DNA of 51,815 bases from positions 1-51,815 of the forward strand of contig NW_021834022.1 of NCBI RefSeq assembly GCF_006345805.1, written 5' to 3'. Below the pieces are notes generated by a model. That model was not told the DNA's origin. It saw nothing but the letters and a program-made list of their open reading frames with translations, and ran no database searches. The DNA is from Octopus sinensis. Lineage: Eukaryota. The translations under genes and the position numbers were made by a program. Numbering within the stretch: position 1 is the first letter of the stretch; each line of letters begins with the position of its first letter. Shown piece by piece: positions 36,959 through 49,550 of this stretch.

Positions 36959-37396
36959 GCACACACACATATACATATTGCATACACAAACGTCAGAATT
37001 TGTTCATATGTGTACACAAAAACATGCCTCTGCCTCACCGTATACACGCATACACACTTTTATGTACGAGTGTATATGCACGTCTGTATTTCTGTATAAT
37101 AGAAAGCGTCACTAAGCTGATAATGGTATGTTTACACCTTTTACCGTACGCAAGAATTTTTTTCTCCGCTGTGAACTGCAGTGAACTTGCCTTTAGAAGT
37201 TAAAATATGTCACAAATATATTTGAACTAACTTAAACGGACGTCAGTGGAGCGCGCCAACGGGATTGGCAGTAGCAGCTGCTAACTTTAGGTGCGACGGG
37301 TAGGGAACGTGTTTTAGACTTAGTACAGCTGGACAGCCGACAACGAGAGGTAGGTGAACCGTATCGTATTTCCCCTCGTACCATATTTTCTTTGCC

Positions 37397-37719
37397 AAAT
37401 AAACACACGCACTATTTATTCGTTCTTCACTCGTTTACTATTGTTCTTATTTTATCCTACGTCCATTGTATGGGAATATTTCGTCGCACATCTGTGACCT
37501 CTTCAGCGACTCTGCCATCCACGTGTTCTTTTTAGTCCACCTGTCCTGTTTCCTTCTGTTTAGTCCATTCTGTCTCTCTAGGGAAATAGGTGGGTGGAAG
37601 AGTCGCTGAAAGATTCCCTGACAGGTGTGCGACGAAAGATTCCCTGACAATGGACTTAGGATAAAATAAGAATGATAATAAACGAGTGAAGAACGAATAG
37701 ATAGTGCGTGTGTTTATTT
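37397..37719. mobile_element. Inverted-arm element (~120 bp arms), PLE pseudo-LTR-like
   Basis: 37397-37522 and 37590-37719 are reverse complements. The left arm carries CTGAAGA-G-GTC...GAC-GAAA on the minus strand. A related single arm lies at 47720-47878. Confidence 0.75.
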
Positions 37720-37945
37720 CATATAAATAAAAAGTAATAATGGCGGTGCTCCAGCATGGCCGCAGTCAAATGACTGAAACAAGTAAAAGAGTAAAAGAGT
37801 AAAAGAGAGCCTGAAATATAACAATATCGTTTTCAACACACGATTTCACATCAGGAATCTTGCAAAATAAATTCATAAACACACACACACACGCACAAAC
37901 ACACACACACACACACGCACGCACATACACACAGACACACACAGG

Positions 37946-37978
<33 letters not shown>

Positions 37979-38463
37979 ATATATATATGTATGTATATAT
38001 ATTTGTATGTATGCATGTATGTATGTATGTATGTATGTATGTATGTATGTATGTATGTATGTATGTATGTATGTGAGCGTGTGTGTGTATGCATCTATAT
38101 GTATAGACAGATAAGCATGTAAGTATACATATATGTATGAATGTGTATGTGTGTGTGTATTGACAAAAACGTATCTCACTAATTATATTATATTGCGCCT
38201 AGCTGTTTATATTAATATTTTGTATATGCATTAACATTCCGCTAGATCTTCCATAGATTTCTATGGCAAATACATCTATGCAGCACGAGATTTTGTCAGT
38301 GAACAGGTCGCGGTCTCAAAGCGACGAAGATATTTTGGCAAATTAAATTTAAATGTTGAAATGATTCTAACGGTTTTTGTGTGTTTTTTAATGGCTTATA
38401 AACACCTTCCACGCTACAATTATGCTGACTGGCGGAAGTAACTGACACCAGCCGACCGGGCGA

Positions 38464-38517
38464 CTCTCACTGACAAAGCGTACGGAAACGCGCGAAACTA
38501 GACGTCTAGTCTGAGAG
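38464..38517 (+). ncRNA. Type I hammerhead ribozyme motif with G8A
   Basis: CTCTCA-CTGACAA-A-GCGT(ACGGAAAC)GCGC-GAA-ACTAGACGTCTAGT-C-TGAGAG: a perfect 6 bp stem I, a 14 nt palindromic stem III and a GUC site. Confidence 0.65.
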
Positions 38518-38708
38518 GGTCTCGATTCGGTCATGGGGCGGTTTCTTCCCCTGTCAGTGTATGTGTACAGATTTGCGCTCTTCCCTCAGGGACTGGAGTA
38601 TTCTACTGCTATTTCTGGGAATATAGATGTCTCCGCACCCCTAGTCACATATAGTGACGATTGTATATAGATATAGATATATATATATATGAATATATAT
38701 ATAAATAC

Positions 38709-39030
38709 AGAAGTGGCGGTGTAGTAAGAAGCTTGCTTCCCAACCACATGGTTTCAGGTTCAGTTCCACTACGTGGCACCACGCTGAACAAGTGTCTTCT
38801 ACTATACCCTCGAGCTGACCCAAGCCTTGTGAGTGGATTTGTTAGACGGAAACTGAAAGAAGCTCGATGTTAGTGTGTCTAAGTCCCCGTAACTTAGCGG
38901 TTTGCCAATAGAGACTGATAGAATAAGGACGAAGCTTACAAAGAATAAGTCCTGGGTTCGATTTGTTCGATTAAAGGCGGTGCTCCAGCGTGGCTGAAGT
39001 CAAATGACTGAAACAAGTAAAAGAATAAAA
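38709..39030 (+). mobile_element. SINE family A, diverged, lacking the internal microsatellite segment
   Basis: The head/core is joined directly to the tail (GAAAGAAGCTCGATGTTAGTGTG). Confidence 0.85.
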
Positions 39031-40659
39031 TTAGAAATGAAAAAATATATATTTATGGTATGTATATGTGCGTACGCGCTTATCTGTGGAGTGAGAGAGA
39101 GAGAGAGAGGAGAGAATGTGTGTAAAAAAAGTGTAATGTGCAGAATCATACTTTGATGAATGCATCTCCATCTCTCTCTTTTCCACCTCTTACCTATTTT
39201 GAGAGAAAGAAGGAAATAATGCGGTACTCTAATGAATGCTTATTCAATGCTTCATAAAACTGCATTGTGCCATGATGTCGCCGTCTTCATTTCTTTGCTG
39301 CAAAATTCATGAAAACAAAAATGAAAGGGAAAAGGACGATATAAACCCGATTTCAATTAGACAGAAATCCAACTCACTTATATTTAAATACTACAAAATA
39401 TCCATTTACGTCTGCTAATGTTTCTATCTGTTTGATAGAAAAGGCAGAGACATTTAAGGCGAACGTACATTATTCAAAATGGAAGTTCGATAGGAATTGT
39501 GAAAAATACACTCACCATTAAAAATAAGCGGAAGCTATAAACCTTCTAGATGTCCTTGTATTTTTGTAATGCAATAGTATGGTGTTTCGTTTGCCAGGCA
39601 ACTGGTTGTCAATTCATTTCCAAAGGTAAGATTGAGTGTAGGAAATTATTTTGGCGTTCATGCTTTCTCTGCAAAACCTTATTATGGAAATAAAATAGAA
39701 TTTCACTAAAGCAATGGATCAAAATCACCTCGCTAATTCCCTTTCTTTACCGCCACTCTCTTAACCAGTGTGTGTGTGTATGTGATGCATGCATACCTAC
39801 AAATAAATATGTACATACCTATGCATGTATGTATGAATCTTCCGGCTGTAGTGAATAGGTCTTCGGAAACCAAAGAGAAACATAATAAAGGCAAACAACT
39901 GCTTCGAAACTTTCGGCTTTCATAACCAGATTATAAATTCACATTTGTACCAAATAGTAATTGGTGCATTTGGTTTAGTTATTAAATGCCTAAGTGGTAA
40001 TCTGTAAAAGCTAGAATTTTCAGAAATAGAAATTAACCAGCTAACACGCACATTAGAAAAAAATCTGTAAGTGGAACAGTAAAAATACTCAAGATTTTTC
40101 TCAAGTTCAGCATATGACGTTGGTTTTATAGCTTCACGTCCTTGAAAACGATGACTTCAAATAATTAAAAATAGAAGAGAACGTACATACACACAAACAA
40201 GCAAACATATTCACATACATGTTAAGCAATGAGCACAAAAAATAATACGAAAGAGAAATAGGTTTTAACTAATGTCGTATTAGTTTAACACTTAAAGAGA
40301 GAATGGAAAGAGATCGATGTTTCGGACGCTTATCCTTCATAACAAAATAATTAAAATATGAGAATAGGTGGTTAGAAAAAGAGAAAGAAGAACGGAGTTA
40401 GGAATCAGTTGGGGACACGGTTCTATGAGGAGAGTTAGGAAAGATGCGGGACGATATGTGCATGTATAGGAGGGTATGGTCGCAGAACAGGTCCCATTAT
40501 TCTAGTTCATTAAGCAATTGATGATGGCTTGAATATGGACATTATGCGTTATGATAAACTGTACTTTCACGATGATGCAACCATACTGTCACGCCCACGG
40601 GCAAAACAATCCTACCGGATGAGACTTAAATGCAAATAAATAAATATAAGTGAAAGTAT

Positions 40660-41372
40660 GAGTGTGTGGTAAGAAGGGTAAGAAGTTTACTTCCCAGTCA
40701 CGTGGTTCTGGGTTCACTCCCACTGCGTGGCACCTTGGGCACGTGGTTTTTTACTATACCTTCGGGCTGACCAAAGCCTTGTGAGTGGAATTGGTAGACA
40801 GTAACTGAAAGAAGCCCGTCGTACAGAAATATGTATGTATAAATATGCGTGTGTGTGAGCGTGTGTGTGCGTTGGGTTTCTGTACATCTATTCTAGAATT
40901 TATGGTTCAACCTTTTTTGTAGCAACAGGTTTTCACGGTTTACATGTAATTATTGGATCAACCATCCTCCTAATATGTCTATTACGAATCTTAATAAATC
41001 ATTTTTCCTCTTCACACCATTTTGGATTCGAAGCCGCAGCTTGATACTGACATTTTGTAGACGTAGTATGACTGTTCTTATATACTTTTGTATATTGATG
41101 AGGTTCATAAAATAACTATTATTAATGCGTGAGTGTGTGCGTGTGTGTGCGTTGGGTTTCTGTACATCTATTCTTGTATTTGTTCCCGATCACCTCTTGA
41201 CAACCGATGTTAGTGTGTATATGTCCTAATGTCCTAGCAACATAGCATTTCGGCAAAAAGTGACGGTAAAATAAGTACCAGGCTTCACAAAAAGGTACGT
41301 ACTGGGGTCGATTCATTCGACCAAAAGTTTCTTCAATCCAGTGAAGTCTTCAAATGACTGAAACAAGTAAAA
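40660..41372 (+). mobile_element. SINE family A split by a 230 bp insertion
   Basis: Head 40660-40821 and tail 41175-41372. The insert 40895-41124 is flanked by 50 bp direct repeats. Confidence 0.75.
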
Positions 41373-41899
41373 CTACAAATCTGTATTTTGATAGAAATTA
41401 AGCGTACAAAATATAAGTCTTTGAAAGCTGAAAGAGTAGATGAACTGGTTTGCAGAAAACATCTGTGAATGCCAAAGTAATGACACTAACATTCTGCAAA
41501 TGTATAACGACAAGAATCATTTCAGAATAGCAATTTTCTCTTTATAGAGTTAGTAGTTAGTTAAGGAATGAAAGTAAGAAAGGAGACACTGTTCTATATC
41601 GACAAGTTAGAATAGTGTTTTAAAATGGTTTAGCTGGAGTCGACTTAGTAATAAGTTATTAATAAATTATTAGTTAACTGGAGAGGGTGATCTACTTGGC
41701 AGCAAACATGCGGATTTGCATTAGTGTAGCAAATAGATCAAAGACGAACATACTCTTAAACACAAGCATGCAAACACACACAAGCACATGCACAGGTGTG
41801 TATGTGTGTGTGTGTATGTGTACGCACTCCTACTCGAACATGCGCACAGACATATTCATGCACATATATATTCATATACGTGTGTATGTATATATATAT

Positions 41900-41955
<56 letters not shown>

Positions 41956-43772
41956 ATATGGGCATATATATATATATATGTGTATATATGTACACACACA
42001 GAGCCATATATAATATATATATATATACGTATATGTATTTATTTGCGTTTATATGCTTACGCTCATATAGAGCGTATGCATGAATAAATGCAAGCATGTG
42101 TGCGTGTGCACGCGCGCGTTGTGTGTACGTGTGTGTGTGTGTACGTGTGTGTGTGTGTGTGAGTGTGTGTGTGTGTACGTGTGTGTGTGTGTGTGTGTGC
42201 GCGAGCGAGAGAGATTTTTTAATCATCTAATTATTAAAAAGTCGGAAACGACATTGTCGCCCCAAATATGTCTAGCCATTCAACTATTAAATAACTATCA
42301 TTTTTAAAAAAAACTACAACAACCATTGCATCTCACTTAAATTATATTATCACCTGTTTTTCCGAAAATATTGTCTCCATACTCTTTTGCATCTTCAACT
42401 AGATCTGCAAACAGAAGCTGCGTATTCCAGAAACGACTCTTATCTTTTAGTTACCCAAAATGCTGACTTCGATATTTTTTATTACTATCATTACTGCATA
42501 TCTTAACACTAAATGTCTGCTCTGCTTAAGGTCTAAATTTCTATCATAATCTTGAAATGTTTTGTTTAAATTTTCTCTTGTATTTTTTGTCTTTATTCAC
42601 AGGTTATGGAATTTAGTTCTCAAGCACTGGCAATATTTATGTTTTATGGGAGCGCATAGCAATGGAGTTTCCTCATTCCTAATAGATGAAACATCCTCCG
42701 CTGCTGCAGTTAGCAACTATGCGCAGTCTATTTGCCTGACGAAGCGGAAACGCAAATCGTGAACAGCGACTTTGAATAAATATTATTCTAATCTACATCA
42801 ACATAGTGAATATATTTTCTGTAAATAAATTGCACGCATATTAATGTGTGTATGTGTGGGAATGTGTGTGTGTGGTTTTATGACCATACGTGTATGAAAT
42901 CCAGCAATACACTCCGTATGTATTCACTCTCTTAATTGTTTCCAAAATGGAAGAGTCAACACACATTCCACATCTTGGTATTTTTTCAGAAACAAATTTT
43001 TAATTTATAATTCACCTGAAGAAAACGACATTTTCTTTCACGATGTAATCGGTTTATTCATCATAAACAAAAAAAAAACGCGCCTGAAACAGCTGTAGTG
43101 AACCTTAAGCCATTTGTGCCCTTTCTCTCTTTGTATATATATGTATATATATATATATATATATATAATAATTGAAGGGTATGTTAACTCATGAAGGGAT
43201 GGTTGCATCCAAGGAAATACTGATTCAATACCTAGTATTTTGGATGAATGAAATTTTCTTAAAGCAATTGGTATATATAAAGCATATAGGTGATATCCAT
43301 TTAAAAGAAGAAAAGAAAATGGAGACTAGGAAGTTATATATTATATATATATATATTATATATATATATATATATTATATATTATATATTATATATATAT
43401 AATTGTTTATCATTAATTTCCTAATCTCCATTTTCTCATATATATATATGTATGTGTGTGTGTGTGTGTGTGTGTATGCGTGTGTGTGTATGTGTGTGTG
43501 TATGTATGTATTATGTATGTATGTATGTATGTATGTATGTATGTTTGTATAGAATGTCTGCTATATCTTTTATCTACCTTTTACTTGCTTCATTCAAGAT
43601 TATTAGTCGAACTTATCGACCCCAGTACTTATTTTCTTTTTAAACCTGCTACTTATTTTATCGGTCACTTAAGACGAGACACTAGGTTACGGGGACGTAA
43701 AGACACCAACACTGGTTATCAGGTTGTGGCGCGGGACAAACTCAAACACAAAGATAAACACATGTGTTTGTG

Positions 43773-43822
<50 letters not shown>

Positions 43823-44194
43823 CTCTTTACTCTTTACTTGTTTCAGGCATTTGACTGCGGTCATGATGGAGCACCGCCTTTAGTCGAGCAAATCGACCCA
43901 AGGACTTATTTTTGTAAGCCCAGTACTTATTCTATCGGTCTCTTTTGCTGAACCGCTAAGTGACGGGGACGTAAACACACCAGCATCGGACAAACAAACC
44001 CACACATGCATATATATATATACATATATACGACAGGCTTCTTTCAGTTTCCGTCTACCAAATCCACTCACAAGCATTGGTCGGCCCGGGGCTATAGCAG
44101 AAGACACTTTGCCCAAGATGCCACGCAGTGGGACTGAACCCGGAACCATGTGGTTGGTTAGCAAGCTACTTACCACACAGCCACTCCTACGCCT
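43823..44194 (-). mobile_element. SINE family A, near full length
   Basis: Reverse complement of the head, core and tail. An older partial tail lies at 43600-43760. Confidence 0.92.
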
Positions 44195-44360
44195 ATATAT
44201 ATATATATATATATTTATGTTGTCTTTCGAAACGTGCGTATGTATTGAATCCAATTTTGTATTAAATCTAATTTTGATTCAACATGTCTTTTCTCCATTT
44301 TTATACTTGTTTATGGTATATTTATACCTATAACGAAACTATTTAACTATATATATATAA

Positions 44361-44610
44361 TAAATGCGCCCTTTTTAAAGCCTAGCCAGGCTCATGGGCC
44401 TGGTTTCCTGGTTTCAGTGGCGTATGTGTTTCCCAGCTGGACGGGACGCTAGTCCATCGCAGATTTACTCAATTTTGCCAGCTGAGTGGACTGGAGCAAC
44501 GTGAAATGAAGTGTTATGCTCAAGAACACAACGCGTCGCCCGGTCCAGTAATCGAAACCACAATCTTACGATCAGGATGCTGACACCCTAACCACTAAGC
44601 CACGCGCCTC
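44361..44610 (-). mobile_element. SINE family C, tail type 2
   Basis: Same head/core as 20807, followed by GCGATGGACTAGCGTCCCGTCCAGCTGGG...GGGCGCATTTA. Confidence 0.85.
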
Positions 44611-44619
44611 CACACACAG

Positions 44620-44664
<45 letters not shown>

Positions 44665-44691
44665 CCCACACACACATATATATATATATAT

Positions 44692-44855
44692 AGGCGCAGG
44701 AGTGGCTGTGTGGTAAGTAGCTTGCTAACCAACCACATGGTTCCGGGTTCAGTCCCACTGCGTGGCATCTTGGGCAAGTGTCTTCTGCTATAGCCCCGGG
44801 CCGACTAATGCCTTGTGAGTGGATTTGGTAGACGGAAACTGAAAGAAGCCTGTCG
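44692..44855 (+). mobile_element. SINE family A, 5' half
   Basis: Complete head and core; the tail is absent after the microsatellite. Confidence 0.9.
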
Positions 44856-44911
44856 TATATATGTGTATATATATATATGTGTGTGTGTGTGTGTATGGAT
44901 ATATATATATG

Positions 44912-44975
<64 letters not shown>

Positions 44976-44987
44976 GATATATCTGTA

Positions 44988-45909
44988 GAGGGTGGCCCAA
45001 AAGTAGGTTTACAATTATCATGCAGGCACTTTAAATTTCTTTTGAAATATTTTATTACATTTAAATTTCTATCTTACAATCATATTGTTCATGCGCATCT
45101 TAAACAGGCAATGTTTAATCTCTCAAATGCTCAAAACATCCTCCTTCAACATCGCAACATTCTTCAAACCTCTTCAGAACACTCTGACACACAGTGCAGC
45201 ACAAATTCCGATCTCCATCAATTTCAGTGAATGCGTCAGAAATGTAATCTTTTAATTCATTTGCTGTTTTGAGATCCTTCTCATAAACCTTGTTCTTTAC
45301 AACATCCCACCCAAAAAAGAAATCCACTTTAGTAACCACTTTCTATGCTCTTGACTTAAATTGTTTTGCCATGGCTCACACTTTACAATACCTGTAAAAA
45401 AAAAATAAACAATAACAAACTGAAAAGGGAGCTGGTCAAAGTTAACTAAATTAGCATAGAATAATGGTGTAGGCGCATGGCTCAGTGGTTAGAGCGTCGA
45501 GCATACGATCGTGAGGTTGTGAGCTCGAATCCCGGACCGGGCTGCGTGTTGTGTTCTCGAGCAAGGCACTTTATTTCACGTTGCTCCAGTTCACTCAGCT
45601 GTAGAAATGAGTTGCGACGTCACTGGCAGCCAAGCTGTATCGACCCTTGTCTTTCCCTTGGATAACACTGGTGGCGTGGAGAGGGGAGGCAGGTATGCAT
45701 GGGCGACTGCTGGCCTTCCATAAACAACCTTGCCCGGACTTGTGTCTAGGAGGGTAACTTTCTAGGTGCAATCCCATGGTCATTCATGACCGAAGGGGGT
45801 CTTTACCCTTTTTTAATGGTTTTCATATTTTTTTATAATTAAGATCTAAAGTGTTAGTATATGAATGCGAAAGAGATAGTTGAATAGCTGTAAACCTACG
45901 TTTGGGCCA
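44988..45909 (-). mobile_element. Internally deleted Tc1/mariner-superfamily DNA transposon
   Basis: TIRs GAGGGTGGCCCAAAAGTAGGTTTACA (44988, after TA) and TGTAAACCTACGTTTGGGCCA (45889-45909). The minus strand encodes an N-terminal MAKQ(L)SQEHRKWLLK fused to a C-terminal DFFF(W)GVVKNKVYEK...ELKDYISDAF...GG.FEHL. Confidence 0.8.
45469..45813 (+). mobile_element. SINE family C, tail type 3, nested in the Tc1/mariner with 7 bp TSD
   Basis: TSD TAATGGT at 45462-45468 and 45814-45820. The head/core is as at 20807, with a different tail. Confidence 0.88.
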
Positions 45910-47928
45910 TATACATGTTTGTGTGTGTGTGTGTACGTACGTATATGTATGTATGTATGTATAAATACATACATACATACATACATTCATGCATGCATAT
46001 CATACGTACAAATACATATTTACATATATATTGATATATACTAATATATATTATTTCTCTATAATGAGCAAAAGTTCGACATGTTTAGAAAAGATTATCT
46101 TCCCGCGAGCAGCAAGTCTGTTTCTTTCTCTGTCTCTGCCACAGCATATACAGCTTCCTGTAAGACCACCACGTGTGAGATACTGACTGAATTTAAAATA
46201 CAGTCCATTAAATTTGGGGTCAAAAGTGCCATAGCGAGATGGAACATGAACGATATGATTCTCACTCATCACGACGGACAAAGCAAAGAAGAGACTATAG
46301 CCAGAAATTCCTCATTAGCACCTGGGAAAAGCAAAAGAGGACTTCCATTTTGGACCATTGCTAGAACAATAAATGAAGCTACCTAAAGGACCGTTACGCT
46401 AGGTAAATTAATGCTGGATATATATACTGCAGAAAAAGAAAAAGAAAGATGAAATTTGTAATATATTCCAAAACCACGAAGAAGGCTTTTCTCCCAATCT
46501 CTTTCTCTCTTGCCTCCTTCTCTCCACTGTTGTAAGAAAAAAGATCGACCGTCGTTAACTGTAACTAAGTTTTTGTTTACAAATGAACTTGGATAAAATA
46601 ATTCGAAAATCTTAGGTTGTGCCATGCTGAAGATTCCGAACGAGGATGAAATGATATCATACATGGCTACTATGATAATGGTAAAGAATAATAATAAAAG
46701 AATTATATGCAATAAGATGGGTGTTCCTTCTTCTCACTCTTCTCACTTTTTGGAAAAAAGATTCTTCACTGAACACAAAAGATGGATATGCTTAGAAACG
46801 GTTATCTCTTCCTGCAAATCTCTTTCGTTTTCTGTCTCCACTACAGTATATACAGCTTCCTGTAAGACCACCATGTGTGTGTGTGTGTGTATGTGGTGGG
46901 GTATGTATGTATGTCAGAAGACTGATGTGATTATTTGAGTTTATTGTTCACTCAATAATCACTTTAAAAGATTTAGTTTTCTCATATAGTTCTAGTTCTC
47001 TCATACACGGTAGCTACGCCAAAGCGGGCATTCCCTCATTTAACCTGATCGATAAAATTATTGAAACGGTAACAAAACCTAAAGACAACCATCATCTAAA
47101 TAGAATTTTTACTTATTTATTTTTTTAAATAACAAAGGAGAATAAAAGTTGCAACTTTCGAAACAACGATGGTTTTTTTTTTTCAATCAAAAATGCGAGA
47201 AAGTAATTCCGATATAGTTTTGTAATTTACTGCTTTACCTAAAAGATTGCTTTTACTAAAGAATAAAAAAAGTATGTCCCCAGAAAGTCTTGTGACAAAA
47301 CGTTGATGCTACTAATAAATGTTAACAACAGTTAAATAGTTAATATTGGTTTCTGACAGAGTATGAAGACCATAAATTCTTGCAGGCAAAGTATGGAATC
47401 GATTGCATTGGTTCTAGTCTTTGATTCGTAGCTTATTTGATCGAGCGCAGAAAGATGGTAAGTCATGTCGTATCCGTTGGATTTTAATATGCAGAGCGAA
47501 TAGCACCATCAGGAAATATTGAAAAAGAGTTGATTGCTATAAACGGTAAAGTAACTAACTGCATGAGAATCTATGCTCTGGTAGACTGGAAACAATGTAA
47601 TGTGTGTGTATGTATGTGTTGGGGGTGCATGTATTCTAGCATGGCCTCAGTCACATGACTGAAACAGATGAAAGTATAAAAGAATAAAAGATTACCACTA
47701 TAGTAATATTTTGGGAGGGTCACTTTTTTCTTGCCAAATATACACAGACATTATGTATTTGTTCTTCTTATTTTATGTCCATTGTCTGGAAATCTTTCGT
47801 CTCACACCTCTGACCTCTTCAGCGACACTCCATCCCACATGTCTTCTCCTGCTCTGTTTAGTCCATTCTGTCTTTCTATGGCATGTATCTTTATCTGCGC
47901 ATGCATTTGCATCTGTATGTGTGTGTTT

Positions 47929-47980
<52 letters not shown>

Positions 47981-48224
47981 TCATACGTGTCTATGTATTT
48001 TGTATGTGTGTATATTGGTTTATGTACTATACTGTTTGTATCTGTGTGTTTTTTCTCCCATTCTGTCTTTAGTCATGTTGCGTAGTATAGAGATGAGCGG
48101 TATTATTGTTCCATTCGTGCTTTCAGTTGAGAATCGGTCTATTACTAACGGCAGGGGATGGTGGTGATCCCTGCTGTACTCTTTCACTACAACCTTCTCT
48201 CACTCTTACTTCCTGTTTCTGTTG

Positions 48225-48398
48225 TACCTGTATTTTAAGGGGCCGGCCGGCCTTGTGTCACGCTGAATAGCCCCGAGAACTACGTTAAGGGTACACGTGT
48301 CTGTGGAGTGCTCAGCCACTTACACGTTAATTTCACGAGCAGGCTGTTCCGTTGATTCGGATCAACCGGAACCCTCATCGTCATAACCGACGGAGTGC
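48225..48398 (+). mobile_element. Tail type 1 of SINE family C without the family C head
   Basis: GAGAACTACGTTAAGGGTACACGTGTCTGTGGA...AACCGACGGAGT matches 21000-21124; the upstream sequence differs. Confidence 0.8.
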
Positions 48399-48950
48399 TT
48401 CCACATTGCGGTCAAGTGGAAGATCTATATCATCAGACAACGGTTGGGTGTCAAAAAGCAAGTTAGCTGCTACAATTGGGGTAGCTTCCTCGTCATTGAG
48501 CACGTTTGTTGCATATTTGGACACCACTTTCTACATGGCGTCTGGTTGTGGGGGCGATGCGAACTGCCTTACTAATAGGCCAAAGGCATTTTGTTCAGAG
48601 ACGTCTGAACAGAACAGTGAACGTCGACTTACAATAGACAGCTGACGAAGACTTGATTTATTAATACTATTTCTGTTACATTCAGAAAAAGTATTTTTGT
48701 TATCCTTTATCTTTTGTTTCTTTCAGTCATTGGACAGCACACATGCTGGGACACTGTCTTGGATAGTTTAGTCGAAGAAATCGACTCCAGCACTCAATTT
48801 TTTAAGAATGGTACTTGTTCTCTCGAGAGTTTTTGGCCAATCGCTATTTCATGGGACGTAAATAAACCAACAGCGGCTGTCAAGCAGTGAGGGGAAAACA
48901 AGCACAAACACAAACTCATACTGTATATGTATGTATGTATGTATATATAT

Positions 48951-49152
48951 AACGGGAAGGTTTACGAAAATAAACAAAAGACGAAGGCAGGTGGAATACA
49001 AAGAAACAATTGTATTAGTATGGCGCTCAGGAATATATATAAAACAAGTCTTTTACGTTTCGAGCCTACTCTCTTCAACAGAAAGATACACAGAAAAGAA
49101 ACACAGAAAGAAACAAGGAGAGAAAAAAAATACGTGCAGAGGCTAGCGAATC
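48951..49152 (-). mobile_element. ~200 bp (TA)n-embedded repeat with hammerhead-like motif, copy 3
   Basis: Near-identical to 2441-2649; motif at 49049-49086. Confidence 0.75.
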
Positions 49153-49383
49153 AATATATATAATATATATATTATATATATATATATATACATGCATTTA
49201 TATACATATATGTATGTATATATATATATGTACATATATATAATATATATATTATATTATATATATATATATATATATATACATACATATCCATATGCAC
49301 AGATACATATATACACATATACGCATATATGGTATATACATACATACATATGAATATGTATACATATAAATATATACATATAT

Positions 49384-49550
49384 ATCGACGGTATTCCACA
49401 CGGCTTTCGCCTACCAAATTGACTCAGCAGACATTGATCGACTCTGGGCTACAGTAGAATTCCCTTGCCCATGGTACCGCGCACTGAGACTGAGTCAGAA
49501 GCCACGACGTTGCAAATCGGACTTCTTAACCCGGCGGGCATACCTGCACC
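49384..49550 (-). mobile_element. SINE family A, old degraded head
   Basis: Weak match to the reverse-complement head/core. A degraded tail also lies at 48712-48905. Confidence 0.55.

Noticed and set aside
40309-42760. Further hammerhead remnants at 40309-40345 (-) and 42736-42760 (+)
   Set aside because: Stem II and part of the core are present, but stem I or G12/G16.2 are broken. Counted only as weak support, not as features.
45471-45545. tRNA gene
   Set aside because: A and B boxes are present but no cloverleaf acceptor stem forms; it continues into a SINE core and has a TSD.
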